Source: Lama guanicoe
Lineage: Eukaryota
DNA length: 64,000 nucleotides
NCBI GenBank assembly: GCA_013239625.1
Contig: MU054323.1
Location: forward strand, 10,385,186-10,449,185
Reading direction: 5' to 3'
Shown: piece after piece, positions 1 to 13,639 of the stretch
How the letters are laid out: each line of letters opens with the position of its first letter
How positions within the stretch are numbered: the stretch's first letter is position 1
The notes under the pieces: generated by a model
The model's database searches: none
Seen by the model: the letters and a program-made list of their open reading frames with translations, nothing else
What the model was told of the DNA's origin: nothing
Translations under genes and position numbers: made by a program

Positions 1-104
1 AGGAATGCCCTTTGGAGAGCAGTGTTTGTGCCAAGTAGAATGGAGATCTTAAAGCCACCACACCAAAACCCAGTTCCAGAAGAGAAACAAATTTATATCA
101 GTGT

Positions 105-178
105 CACTACATGTTCAGTTTAGCATCACTCGGTAAATGTCTGTCAAATGAATGAGTGAATGCATGGATCGCTGGATG
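105..178 (+). mobile_element. L2 LINE 3' tail remnant
   Basis: cactcggtaaatgtctgtcaaatgaatgagtgaatg resembles the L2 end ctcaataaatatttgttgaatgaatgaat. Confidence 0.55.
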
Positions 179-786
179 GACGAGTCTGCTACACACAGAG
201 CTTTCTGCTGGCAGCCCCAAGACAGAGTGCCATAGCAATCTTGGTTTTACAAGCACAGACTGAGGATCCTGCTGTGGCACTGCTTGCTTTTGGAACAGAA
301 AATGCCCAGTTTGGGCCAGGCTGCCAGGAACCCATGAGGTTATCCCTCATTTTACCCAGCTGGATTCTGGAGCCTACTCTAGAGGCTAATTGGTTCCACA
401 TGGCTATCCGAAGATTAAAATCTGTCCATTTAGTGTCTCTCATTTACTCCTGTCCCCTCTTGGTCTAAGGAAGACATCCTCCACTGCCCATAACTGTTTT
501 TGGTAAAGTAAGAAGAGAGAGAGGAGACAAGGTTGGGAGATGCCACACATTTTTTACTGGAAGCATTCATACTAATTCCATACTTAGCATCTCAAAGCCA
601 GGCACAGTGATAAGAACCTAACTTGTAAAAATGTCCCATATTCCAAGTACAACAGCCTTGTGCTTAGTCAATCACTTAAAGAAGGTATGGTTAATGTAAC
701 AATTTTTGGCTATCACATTTTAAACCAGTACAGAATAATGGGATCAAAAAGCTGGAGTCAATAGGAGAGTTAAAAATCAGACTGTC

Positions 787-1030
787 CAGTGGTTCTCAAA
801 CTGTATTTCATAAAAACTGATTTGGAGGGTGTGTCAAGGGCTGTGGTTTGAGAACAAAAACAAGCAGCACCCCAGCAGGATCTTCATGAAAGAGAAGGGG
901 AACCTTGGTGACCTGCAATAAAATGCATTCAGGCTTACCCAGGAGCCATTTGAAGCTCCCTGATGTTCACGGATGAGGGCCCGCTGTTGATCAGGGGTGG
1001 TGGTCCACTTACACTGCTTTTGACAAATCT
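787..1030. mobile_element. Possible hAT-Charlie MITE (MER5-like), very degraded
   Basis: Begins cagtggttctcaaact and ends ggtccacttacactgcttttgacaaat, like MER5-family termini. The interior is not clearly alignable. Confidence 0.35.
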
Positions 1031-1257
1031 GAGCAGGGAGAGGGAAATTCCTAATTGGCTTCCCGGAAAAACTGAGAACTTGACAACCATGAGACGGAGG
1101 TAGAAAGCACACTGGGCTAATCATTAATTTAGTGTGTCAAAGTTCAAGGTAAATCTTTGGGTATTTGTGCATTCAGCGCATTCAATTTCCATATGAAGGA
1201 GCCAGATTAGATGCTTTCTGGGGTCCTTTCCAGCAGTGACCTTACATAGGTAGCATC

Positions 1258-1495
1258 AATGTGTGGTAGCTAAGAGCACGGATGCTGGATCCAGTGGGCC
1301 TCCATTCCAATATCAGCTGTGAGGCTTTGGGTAAATTTCTTAGGTCTCTGTGCCTCAATTTCCCCATCCATAAATGGGAATGATGATAATAATAATGCGT
1401 ATCTCACAGCATTGCTGTAAGGATTAAATGAGTTAATGAATACAATGTGCTTAGAAAAGGACCTGGCACATAGAAGGTGCTAGGTGGATGTCTGC
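1258..1495 (+). mobile_element. MIR SINE
   Basis: MIR core ctttgggtaaatttcttaggtctctgtgcctcaatttccccatccataaatggg and tail aggattaaatgagttaat...cctggcacatag. Confidence 0.9.
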
Positions 1496-1874
1496 AATAT
1501 GCATCTTTATGAGCTGCTCAGAGGCACAATGATCCTTTTCAAATCCTTTCCAAGATGCTAGTGCTACCCACTTTGACATGTGTTTTCCCGTCAGCTCCTC
1601 TGAAAATGAGGACCCTGATGAGTGTCCTGCACAATCTTATTGCTCTGGGTTTTCTGCTGAAGAAAGGTCTTTGTGCAAGGGTTAAGGGTTCCCTGGGAGC
1701 CTGGACATGCGTGTCTCTAGGGGCTGACAGCACTCCCACCAGTGCTGAGTATACATACTGCTCTTTTAAGATGAGGGGGAAGCCTCTTCCAAGTAATTTC
1801 TGCTCACTGCTACATTCTTTTGGGAGTAGTAGGGGAATGGCCCAAAGTTATAAAAGCAGGAGCAGCATTTATCA

Positions 1875-2330
1875 ATTGATTGATTAACCAGTCAATCAGC
1901 AAGTATTTACATCGTGTTTCTTATGTGTTTAGCACGGTGTTAACTGTCCCCTGGAGAAATAGAAGAAATATAAGACAAGGTTCTGAAACTCAAGTTAGGG
2001 TGCCAAAATGAATAATTGAGAAATAAGTATAAAACAGTTACTAAACTTAGATGCAAAGAGTAAAGTCCTCCAAGAATTCTTTAGCTGCAAATGATATTCT
2101 GGAGGGTTTGGGCCGCAAGTTGGATCTTAAATGATGAGTCAGTGTTCAAAATGAAAGGCCTGGGACCAAGTAGGCTACTTCTGGCATAGTTTATAGAAAC
2201 GCAGCCTGACAAGAGAACAGGAGGTGTGGGAGAATGGAGGGCATGACATTGGACAGGTGTGGAGAGGCAAGATTGTAAAGGACCTTGGAAATGAGGCAGA
2301 GACACTGGGGCTTTCCAGGCAGGATTGAGC
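1875..2330 (-). mobile_element. L2 LINE 3' fragment
   Basis: tcaatcagcaagtatttac...ttatgtgtttagcacggtgtta...ataagacaaggttctg is the reverse-oriented L2 3' region. Confidence 0.6.
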
Positions 2331-2847
2331 AGTGGTGAAAATATCAAGGTCAGAGTCAAGATGGTCCTGATGTTAATCCCAGTTCTACCATCAACAAGAT
2401 GGTTGATCCCCAGCCCATCATTTTCCTGGCCCCAGGAAATGAGTGAGGTGGTCCACTCTAGTTCACATATTTCTGATATGATAGACAATAAGAAGTTACT
2501 AAAGGCTCATGGAAGTGCCACAGGAAAGGGAATTTGGGGGGAGATTCATCTGGTAATGTGTGAAAAATAATGGTATCAGGGAGACCAGTTGGCTGTTGCC
2601 CAAGTCCCAGTATGCATATATGAAGGCCTGGATAAAGCACATGGCAGAGAAAATGAAATGAAGTCAGAAGGATAAATTTGAGAAGCAGTAACAGTAGCAT
2701 CTAGATAGCAGCAGACAGACAGCAAGAAAGCCACTAGCCTAGAGCCCAGGGCTTGGCCCTCGGGATGTAAGGATAAGAGGAGGAGGCAAAGATAATTCTA
2801 AGGTTTCCAGTAATAAGTAAAACCCCAGCCTTTACACCTTCCATTAA

Positions 2848-3092
2848 GGCAGCAGAAGGTAATGGACAGAAATACTGGCTTGGTGATCAAACTGATTTGG
2901 GGTTGAGTTTGACTCTACCTTTCCCTAGATGAATGGCTATGGCAACTTTAGAAACTTCTGTGAGATTCAGTTTCCCCATGTGTAAAATGAGGACAACAGC
3001 ACCTACTTTACAGTATTATTGTAAACCTCGCAGGAGATAACTAACACAGGAAAGGGATCAGCACACGGCAAGTGCTCCACAGATGTTAGCCG
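2848..3092 (+). mobile_element. MIR SINE
   Basis: Core ttcagtttccccatgtgtaaaatgaggacaacagcacctac and tail gcaagtgctccacagatgttagc. Confidence 0.85.
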
Positions 3093-5449
3093 TGACTGAT
3101 TATTAACTGAGCACCTATCAACTGTTACACGCTGTGACAGGTGTCGGAATTCAGAAAGGAAAGAGATGTGACCTCCGCCTTGACAGCACCCACAAATAGG
3201 TATCTTTTCCTATGCAAGAATTGTCACAACGTCCCCTGTAAGCCTTCTCCAGTTGAATTAAAATGGCACCTCTTTTCATGCGGGACAAGGAAGGACTGTG
3301 GAGTTCTATAGAAAGTAGACCAGACATCCTGTAAACCTATGTACAATCCTGGTAACATGTCACCAGTCCTCACCTCCCTCAAAGATACTACTTCTCTCCT
3401 TCTAGCTCCTCCCCTTCATGACCTAACTAAAGCAATGACCTCAGAAGACACAGATGTCTGTCTACATCAAATAGATATGGGTATGTCGCCAAAACAACTC
3501 CTTCCCTTTAAATATATGAGGGTAGTTTTAGGATGCTTCCTATGTTTGCAATTTGTCCACACCAACTGACGTGCACCTGATTTTGTTCCATTATGGGAAG
3601 AAGAGTTAGAAGGTCTCAAGAAACACTGGGACCACTTTATACCTCTGTGCTCTCTGACTTACACATCCACAGTGGCCCCTTCACACCCCTTGGTGGCCAC
3701 AGGGTTCCAAGTCAGAGAAGGAGTGCAGAACACCTGCTTCCTCATGGAGACCCTCTGTTCTTGGACTTGGAGCCTCTGAAGGAGCTAGGACAGGAGAACC
3801 TTCCCAAGTCTCTTGGACAATCCACTTTCCCTAGGGAATCAGAGGTGGAATTCTTTTCTCCCTCCTTAAGAGAGTGTCTTGCCAGAAGAAACACTTTCTG
3901 GATCATTAGAGAAATTTAGAGAGGTCAACTCTCTTGGTTTCATAAGGATAGAGAAGCAGGAAAGAAACAGGTCTTTTAAACTGTGCAACAGATCATTGCA
4001 AATGTAACAAACTACAGAGGAAGAACTTTGTAGGTGAAAGGAAGTTGTAGGAGTCAGGGAGGAAAAACATGCACTGGGTGAGATCCTTCAAACGTGCAAA
4101 GAAACTTTGCAGGAGTATTTGTGGCTGGGCCTGATACCTGGAGTTTTGCAGTCTCTTAGTCCCTTCTCCTGACATTGCTCAAATGAGATTAGGTCAGTTC
4201 TGGGAACTGATATCTTCTCCCTGACACATTTCTGTTAACTGGCTCCATTTCAACACATGGCCTCTTTTTGGACGGTACACGGACCCTTGACATTTGTGAG
4301 GATTGATGATGTCCAGAGACGCTCACAAATTGCCAAGTTCGTGAGTGCAGAAACATTTGTACAAGCTCCTGGCTTTCTCCCAAACCACATGTTTCTTGTA
4401 CAGTGCCTCACAGCACAGGGTAACCACCTTTTCAACTTGAACTAAAGTTCAATCTATCATGTTATGGTGATTTTTCTTTTTCCCACACATCAACCAGTTT
4501 TGATTAAAGGGAAAAAAACCACTTTGTGAAAGTTCTTGCAAGACCAGCAATGAATGAAGAGCTGCAGCAATGTAAGAAGCTTGGTGGTCAGTGGGCTACC
4601 CACCTTAGGGAGTCCCTTTTGTACACCAGCTCCAGAAGCAAAACCAAACCTCTACATGAAACAGATGGCTGTGTGTTATGGGCCTTTATGGTTGTTCATA
4701 AACAGTCTACATTGAGAAGTTAAGTCTGGGAGCACCACAGGCTTCCCTCCTGCCATACTCTTTTCTTGGGCCTCCCAGACCACAGGTTCCATGGCACAGG
4801 TGGGAGCTAAGAGGTGGGCACAGCAGAATAGTGGTCATGAAAGCAGCTTTTTTCCTGAAGCTTTGCATAATTCAAGCCCATCTCCCATACACTCCATATG
4901 TGGGAAACAATAAAGGATGTTTATAATTATGACCCTCGATTTTCTGAAGAATCAAGGGAAGATATATGTAATAATGATCTATCTCATCCTGCTCACTAAT
5001 CAGACTTCAAGCAATGCCTAGTTAAAGACATATTATATACGATCTTGAAAATAGGAATAGAAGATCAAAGACTCTGTAGAGGGAGGGGAAAATAAGCTTA
5101 TCCTGAAACTACACAGGTATACTTATTGTGATTAAGTATTGCATTTAGTTCAGAGTTTCCTGGCAACAAAGGCAAAAAGAAAAAAAAACATCAAATTACT
5201 CTTCAGGAGAGAGATGCCTTCTCTTGGTAATAAATCTTGAAATAAATTCACAATGTTGGGCTTATACAAAAGGAATTCAATGACACAGTCAACCATGCCC
5301 TAATGATTTTTACCAAATAAGCAAAACATTTCACATATAACCATTTCCCATATTGTCCCTTAATAACAGCTTAAATCAAATCATTAAAAATACTTAGTTG
5401 TAAGTTTCACCTCAGGAAAAAGAAGTAAAATAATAATCACTATCAAGTT

Positions 5450-5600
5450 GGTGGAGAGAGAAGTAGGTAGAGATATAGGTGAAACAAAAACGGCAGAATG
5501 TTGATAATTGTTGAAACTGGGTTGAGGATATATGGGGTTCATTGCACTATTCTGTTCACCTGTATACATTTGAAAATTTCCACAAAACAAAACAAAAACA
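5450..5600 (+). mobile_element. Old L1 (L1MC/MD/ME-type) 3' end
   Basis: gcagaatgttgataattgttgaaactgggttgaggatatatggggttcattgcactattctg...tttgaaaatttccacaa followed by an A-rich tail. Confidence 0.8.
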
Positions 5601-5882
5601 TAGCTGAAAGCATGTGGCATCCAGGGAAGTTAAGCTAATGTGTTATCTAACAAAGGCTGTATTCTGTTTGATAAAGTTTTAGGTTAAGCAGATACAATGT
5701 TATACTCGATCTTTGAAAATTGATCTTCTGGGCTATGGAACACTTGGTAATATTCAGGATCAGCCCCAGAGCACTGTAGACTTCTATGTAAGTGTGTACG
5801 TTCTCAGCTAATCATGTTGGCAAGTTATTGACCCACTTAAGACAACAAGATACCAAGGAGTGGAGGGGAAAGTCAAGATTCA

Positions 5883-6299
<417 letters not shown>

Positions 6300-6884
6300 C
6301 TATTTCAGTAGCTAGTCTTACAGGAAACGAATATATATATATACCTGAGCAGAGCTGCCAGAAGAGTGAAGAAATCATCTTCAAAACATTTATCAGTATA
6401 TTCATAATTATCTCTGGAATGAATGCTTCATTTTAGAATTTTATCTGATACCCAAGTCTCAGAACCCTCAGGTTTGCTATAGAGTTACTTAAGGGAAGCT
6501 AGCAAGTGCCATTTATTTACTGCAGGAAAATTAAAGTGCACTGAAGCATGTATTTTGGGGTAAAAGTTACCTAAGATTGATGTGGACTCTGCAAAAAGGT
6601 GCAAAGGGGAGAAGAAGGAAGCAGGTCAAATGGTGAGTTCTGCATGTATCTATAATCAAGGACACTGACACCATTGGAGAACAGAGAATAAGCTAAATGA
6701 ACATTTTTACACCTCACTCAGGCTATTAACCTCTTGGAATAGCCTCCTGTCGCTGATTGGAACATCAAATTTACTTTCCAACATTGATTCGGGTATGTGT
6801 GTGTGTATATATATATATATAGTGATTTTAACAATTTTGCGTGGAGAATGGAAATTACCTAGACTATTTCATATTTTCTTTCCT

Positions 6885-7017
6885 TTAAAAAACAATTTTA
6901 TTGAGGTATAACTGACATACAGTAAATCACATGTACTAAAAGTGTACAATTTGATGAATTAAAGTGTATAAATTGATGAGTTTTGACATATGGCTACACC
7001 CATGAACTCATAACAAT
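6885..7017 (-). mobile_element. L1M (L1MB/MC-type) 3' end
   Basis: acaattttattgaggtataactgacatacagtaaa...aaagtgtacaatttgatga...tttgacatatg is the reverse-oriented L1M terminus. Confidence 0.85.
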
Positions 7018-7129
7018 GTTTCACAGTATCTTACCACTAGATTGGGCTTAGGTATGACACTAGTGCTAAGGAACTTAGGGAAAGACTAGCTTTCTGTTGA
7101 AAAGATTTTTTAAAGCATTGTCCGACCCC

Positions 7130-7660
7130 AAGTATAAAGTGATGCTGTTCATTATAAAAAAATATGAAAAATTCAACCATTCAGAAAAGTTGGTAAAGGA
7201 AAGCAAAAATCACCCAGAAGCTCATCCAGAGACAACCATGGTGAAAACCTCCATGACCAGCTTTTTAGCTACAGTTTTATGCAAATAAGGTCACGCATAC
7301 AATGTTCTCTGTGACTACACTTCTGCCACTCAATGGTATGTCATGTGACAATAAATATAAATTACATGATCAGGTCAATGATTGCATTTTTAATGACTTG
7401 TGCATTGCTCTTGGTTTTTGCTCTCTATGATCATGCTGAAGCTAGCCCTGTGTACTTATGTAAATATTGCCTTAGACAAATTCTTAGAACCTGGGTGAAA
7501 GTGTATGTACATCTAAAACTCTGAGGATATTGCCGATTCTTCAACAGTGAATCAGAGGGCCTATTTTTCTATTTGCTTGCTAACACTGGATCCCATCAAA
7601 TCTTTTCCATCTGCTAACTTTTTGTGATGAAGGCACTGCCTAAAGCAATCAATGGTCTTC
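7130..7660 (-). mobile_element. Very old L1 (L1ME-type) 3' UTR fragment
   Basis: gttcattataaaaaaatatgaaaaatt...aaaaatcaccca...ccagagacaaccatgg and cttttccatctgctaact resemble the reverse L1ME 3' UTR. Confidence 0.55.
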
Positions 7661-8811
7661 AGTGGGGTGTTCCTGGGTGGCAGTTTTGTGTCTCTGGCCC
7701 TGCCATGTTGCTGGGCGTGCAGCCCATGGAGCTCAACTCCTTGCTGGGAGTCTGCTGAATGAAGAAGGCAGTTTTGTTCCTTATCCATGCTCTTCTGTAG
7801 TTAATTCAGATCACTGGGGCCAATGCCTCAGCCATTTAATAAAAGTGTATGAAATTTCCCAATAGATGCTGTAGAAGGGATTATTGCTGTTGTAAAGTTT
7901 GTTCTGTTACTGTACCCAGCAGGATTTCTATCCAAAATAAAACCAGTGCAATTGAGTAAGGAAAAAGAGGACTTTTTGTTTAAATGTGGGACTGTCAAAG
8001 AAAAAAAATATTTGAAAAGAAAATGTAAATGAGGGGTTTTTTAAGAAAAAAAAAACAAAGAGAGCAGAATTTTTCTTCTTCTTCTGAAAAATAAAGGACC
8101 CTATTTTTGAGGAAAGATGGTGGTGAAAAGCATGACTATTCATATTCTTCCAAAATCATAGCTCTCTGCTCTGAGGAATGATGGATTTTAATTCCAGGTA
8201 CACAGTGGCCCTTGACAATGATTTCCATTTCTATATTGGCACTAGCCCTCTGGATAAATGTGTCAAGAGTTTTAGGAATTAGTTTCTGAGTTACTGATGC
8301 AATAACTTTTGTCTGAAATTCTCTGGCTTCCCATAGTTTACTGCCGCAACTTTAATAACTTTCAGAGCAGTTGCCAAACGTGATTTTGTAACCAGGGATG
8401 TTGGGACTGAAAAAGGGCAAGCTTATACCTAGGGTCAGATTTGTTTAAGAGATGGCAAAAACCCTGTGAAAAACAAATCCAAGCTCTCTTTCCTGTCTGC
8501 CTCCATTTTCTTTGCTTACATTCCAGTAGTCATGAAACTCCCTCATTAGGGTCCTGTTTTCCTCTTTGGCTGCTGGCAACTCTACTTGGGCTTGCAAGGG
8601 GGAAGGTTTTGTTCTAACCCAGAGTCTCCTAGAAACAAACATGCAGCTGTTTGTTACCACGTGCTGGGATTTGTGGCCCTCTTAGCACTGGTGCTTCAAT
8701 CAATCAATAGGACAGTGTGGGGAGTCCATCTGGGCTTCGGGAAGCCAGAAACACTGTATGGACGGCCTGTCACCATCCATTATCTTCCAGTTGTCTCTCT
8801 GGAGCTCTCCA

Positions 8812-8892
8812 CTTCCAGTTCTGGCTCTGCCCACCATTTATTTGCCTGATGACTTTGAATAAGTCACTTTACTCTGAATGCCTAAATTTTTT
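8812..8892 (+). mobile_element. MIR core fragment
   Basis: ttccagttctggctctgccc...gatgactttgaataagtcactttactctgaatgcct. Confidence 0.65.
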
Positions 8893-9074
8893 CGATGTTT
8901 TTTGATTAATTGTATTCTCAACCAGAGAAAGTGTCTCCAACTTTGTGTGAATTTGCTAAGAAAAAAATTGACTACATATTTTTGCTGAGAGGCTACATCA
9001 TAATTAATAAATTAGATTTGTGAATGAATGATTAATGAATAAATTGGTTTGTGAATAATACCTGGAGGCTGGAA

Positions 9075-9240
9075 GTAGTATGTACAAAGGCCACTAAGTT
9101 GGGAGCTGAGTCCCAGATTCTGGTCCTAGATTTGCATGAGGTAGGGTTAGTCCCTGTACCTCCCTGGGCTTCAGTTGCTTCATTAGCAAAATGCGGCCAC
9201 TGAATTAAAAGTTCTTCAAGGTCTCAGACTGATCTGATGC
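9075..9240 (+). mobile_element. MIR3/MIR SINE
   Basis: cctccctgggcttcagttgcttcattagcaaaatg...ttcttcaaggtc (core plus MIR3-like tail). Confidence 0.6.
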
Positions 9241-10067
9241 CTGTATTTCTCTAGCAGATCACCTGCGTCCTAGCAACAAAATACTTTACCATAACCCCTG
9301 AAACTGCAATGGACTGATAACATTCTACAGAAGGTGGAATAAGAATGATTAGTCAAAGAATTACAGACTTATTTCTCCAAAGAGACTCAGTTCCATCCCC
9401 TTAGAGAATTGGAGAGATTTATTCAAGGTCACACATTTGGCTACCTGCAGACCTAAGATTAAAATCAAATATATGATTGCTCCTAGACTGCAAGAACAGG
9501 AGACAATGTGACCTCTGGATCAGCTGGTACATTCGGTCACATTTCATATCACTAGAATCACAGAGATAAAGAAGGGTATATCTACTTAGCATTGCCACAG
9601 GGAATCACCAGTCTGAGTTTTGAGGATAGACAGGCCAGCCAGATAGTGAAATACCTTGTCAGAAAATGCACACAGAAAACTAAAAAATTATAAGAAAGTC
9701 TGACATGGAACCAAAAAGAATCTCTAAGGTTCACACTGCTCCATCCCAGGTTAGTCTCCACATGTTTATAGGAAACTGCCTGGCACTTCTGATGTGAGGC
9801 AGGCTGCTGATGAGACTGAAGGGTTGGCAGCCGTGTCTCAAAAGAATGAAAGCACCAAGTTATTTTCAGTCCAGAATGAAGGGGCACTTTTTGACAGCAC
9901 TTGAGGGCCATGAATGGCAGTTGACAAGACAGAGGAATGTGTAGTACTCCACTGCTGTGGGATATTCCAATAGGCATGATGTTGATGTAGGGCTGGCTCA
10001 CAAAAGTGAGCCCTCAAATCTACATGCTAGTCAATGGCATGCCCTTCTGAGATGGTTTTACCTGCTG

Positions 10068-10262
10068 CAGTATCAGGAGGACTAGATTCAATTCTCGGCC
10101 CCAGTGTCGACTAAGTCAAATGATTTAACTTCTCTCATCTCCTGTTTCCTTATTTTTAAGGTGGAGGTCATAATGTCTAGCTTGCTGGATTGCTATGAGG
10201 ATTTGTCTGAGGATGTACACAAAGGGATATGCTTATTGGGGGCTCAATAAGTGGGAGCTATT
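10068..10262 (+). mobile_element. MIR SINE
   Basis: tcaaatgatttaacttctct...ctgtttccttatttttaagg...ggattgctatgaggatt...ctcaataagtgggagcta. Confidence 0.75.
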
Positions 10263-10624
10263 CTTCCAGAAGACCAGAGCTTTTTTCATGGAATGGCACT
10301 GGTCCATGAAACTCTCTGCATCTCAACTCACTTACAAGATTCAAGTGGGAGAGGAATGCCGGTAGAAGAAATTGAGAAAGGCATTAACAACATATGAATA
10401 GCAGCCACCTTTTGCTTAAACCAGAAAAAATTTTCAGTTTAAAGAAATTAGGTTGAAACACCCCCTACAACAAAATATATTAGGATTGGACTATAATAGC
10501 AGATCAACATTCTTCTTAGAACCCTCTAAAAGGCCCCCATCTCACTTTGGAGGGAAATCCTCTTGTTTACCTTTGCATCTTCCCGTAGCATGTGAAAAGA
10601 TGTGAAAAGATTTTGATTAGAACT

Positions 10625-11010
10625 TGTTGAACTGAATTCCACTTCTCAGGTATTTATTGGTGCACTGTTGCACACTAGATAACATATTAACTGCACTGGG
10701 GATCCTAAGAATTTAGAATTTAGCTCTGTACTCTAGAAGCTTACATACTAGTGAGAAAAAGTATACTGAATTTGAGAGAGAATGGCAGTCATAGAGGAGC
10801 TGAGTGAGTGGCACAGGCACTAGGTGCTATTGAAACACAGAGGGCAAAGTGATGTCCCAGATCCAGTGATCAGCAGAGGTGTAACCTGAGGATGGGTCAT
10901 GGAGAAGGGGCAGAAGGGGAAACTGGGGAATGGGCAATGCAGAAAGAGAGGCTGGCATGAGCACATCAGCAGAGGGCATGCAGACTATGTACTTGGAGAA
11001 CAGGTCGTTC
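10625..11010 (-). mobile_element. L2 LINE 3' fragment
   Basis: caggtatttattggtgcact...gcactggggat...ctctagaagcttacatactagtgag...aggtgctattgaaacacagagg. Confidence 0.6.
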
Positions 11011-11095
11011 CATCTGGTGGGAGACAGGAAGGAGGTCCCCTATGTCTTACTACCCTCCCCACAACCTCCACTTCCTCAAAGCTAGGGTGATGGAT

Positions 11096-11178
11096 CATTC
11101 ATCAGTGTGTCTCCAGTGCCTGATACATTGCAGACACTCAACAAATATTTGTTGAATGAGGGAATAAATGCATGAACA
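11096..11178 (+). mobile_element. L2 3' tail
   Basis: cagtgcctgatacattgcagacactcaacaaatatttgttgaatgagggaataaatg. Confidence 0.8.
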
Positions 11179-13067
11179 GATTTCTGTAAAACAAGACAAG
11201 AATCTGACATTCTCGGTCAAAATTTATATTGTAGTGGAGCTAAGTTAATTTGAAAGTTCATGTCAATTCATTATTGTTAGCTGTCATTCATTCAAGTGAT
11301 AATGATGCCTTCCCTGTTAGGAGGAACCTAAGGACTAGGGACTTTGGGGGGTTAAGAGAAGTTCAGGGTTGGTTCATCATATACCTCTTCACTCTCCATT
11401 TGCCCACAAGCCCTATCTTTAAAGGGGCAGGCCCACAGAAATAGCTATCAAATTAGCTTTTGTCCATGAACCTAGAACCCAAAGAAGGAATCAAAGAATT
11501 ATAGTAACTGAGACATGGAGGGGACCTCAGTGCTCAACTAGGAGAGGTCCCACCTGAGGCATGGATATTCTCTACAACACGGGCCCACTAATAACCAACA
11601 ATATGAGTACTAACAGCAGCAGCAATGCCAATAACAACAACAACAGCACTAATAATATGATCAACAACCACAGTTAGCATTCACTGGAAGCCCACTGCAT
11701 GTTCTGCTTCCTAGCTGAGTTTTAAACCCAGGTTTGTGTGACTCCATAGTCTTCATGAACACCATCCTAAATTCCCCTTTTAAGCTTTTTGAGGTCAGAA
11801 ACCATATCTTTCTGAGTCTTTGTTTCAACTTCTGGCCCTGGTGAACATGGCTGGGGACCTGAAGCTAAATGATGTTGTCATCCTCATGTTCTGTAGTGGT
11901 CACAGGGTCAAGTCAGGTAGCGACTAACGCTGTCGCCGAGATAGCCAAACTCAGGGGTTGAATCAAGGATGATGGAAACACTATAAATTGGACAATCAGC
12001 CATGTCCTTTACACATGGAGCTCAGTCATTATTATTATTACCGAGCAATAACACTGTCAAGGCTCAGTCCACACAGCTGACATTCCTCCACATGTCCCTT
12101 TGCTAAGACTCTCTCTTGACAACTGTCCGGACTTAGGTGTGAAGGTGTGAAGATCCGTTAGAAATAAGGAGCTGATTGAGCCTGTGGGGGAGCTTGTCTA
12201 GGTCAATAAGGAGAAAAAAAAAAAAAAGCCAATTGCACTTCTCTCCCTAATCTTATCCTAAAGGAAAAAAATACACATAACTTTCAAGTTTTTTTTAAAA
12301 AAATTATAGACCTTGTAGTAATTCTGCAGCAAATATAAACCATTCAGCACTATTTTTTATTGTTTCCATTAAATCAGCCTGCATTTAAAGCATTTTTATG
12401 GGAGATAGCAGGGAAAAAAATGTCAGATCAATGTAAATTTTACCGTAGAGTCCTTTGTTGCTAGTTAATTTTCTGTAATAATAATAACACTTGGTATGTG
12501 GTGTGGGGTATTTTATCCAAGTAGCCTTGGCTTTGTTATTCCTTGCCCTTCAAAATCTCCCAGAAGTTAGATGTCTGTGCCCTTGATCAGATTTGTATGG
12601 AAACGAAGTCGTAGGTTGATTCAGGATGTGGTTCCCACCAGCCCACAATGGAAGGGAGCTACCCTGAGGCTGAGGGTGCCCTCTGGCTCTGCTGGAGGGG
12701 AGCTGAGGGAGCAGAGGGTGCTGAGACAGGGATGGGCTCCCTGGGGCCACAGTGGACTTGGTTGGGAGCTTAGCATTGGCGGCTGGAAAGAAGTTTTGGT
12801 TTTTATCAGAGATGCTATATGGATGATGGGATCTGGAAGGTGGCCCAGATTTCTGGAAGTGGGGGCTAAGAAAATGTTCCCCAAACTGTGTTTCCCCTAA
12901 TTCTTCTGTCATGCTTTTGAGCAAAGAGAAAAAAATAGAATGGTTTTGGGCTCCTTTCCCTGGCCTCTCTTTAGCTTCTTCTAATTTTACTTCCTCCTTC
13001 CCTCTTGTTTCCTTCCTTCTTTTCTCCTTTATTCTCTCCCTTCCCTTTTTTCCTTCCTTTGGGAGAA

Positions 13068-13300
13068 ATGTATTGATTAAGAGTGCAAATTTTGGAGGTA
13101 GACTTCGTGTTTTATAATCTCAATTCTGCCTCTTACTGGCTGTGATCCCTGGCCAGCAACCTACCTAAACTCTCTGTGCTCAAGTTCCATCATTAAGAAG
13201 TGGGGATAAAAACAGAGCCTTACAGGGGTGTGGTGAAGACCATGAGGGTTAAGACATGAAGTACTTAGCTGACAGTAAGCATTAGCTAGTAGTGTTACTG
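13068..13300 (+). mobile_element. MIR SINE
   Basis: gattaagagtgcaaattttggag...ctgcctcttactggctgtga...ctctctgtgctcaagttcc...ggggataaaa. Confidence 0.8.
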
Positions 13301-13552
13301 TTACGTTGGTGTTTCTTTTCTCTCCTACACCCACAATGGCAGATGACCTGACATGGAATGATCTCACAAGAAGGTGAAATAGGAATGACTGTGTGTGATG
13401 GCATTTCAGGGATTTGGGGAGAGCCTTCCACCCCAGAATAGCAAGACTTTTGAGATTCCTTCCAATCTCCCACATGGAGCTGAAGAGACGAGTGCACAAA
13501 TGCAGATATCCCAGGGAATGTTGTCCCAGGCACTGGATACACATTTCATTTA

Positions 13553-13554
<2 letters not shown>

Positions 13555-13594
<40 letters not shown>
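13555..13594. repeat. (TG)20 microsatellite
   Basis: Perfect 40-bp TG run. Confidence 0.97.
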
Positions 13595-13597
<3 letters not shown>

Positions 13598-13639
13598 TTA
13601 TTTGTGTTCTGCCTCATTCCAGAGAGGATTTAAGGCAGC

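Noticed and set aside
10591..10610. Perfect 10-bp tandem duplication TGTGAAAAGA (and TCAGATGA x2.75 at 46542-46563)
   Set aside because: Ordinary slippage microduplications with no spacers or wider array structure.
12960..13060. Long pyrimidine tract as a plus-strand splice acceptor or triplex site
   Set aside because: Low-complexity CT tract followed by a MIR, with no supported exon and no clear mirror symmetry.
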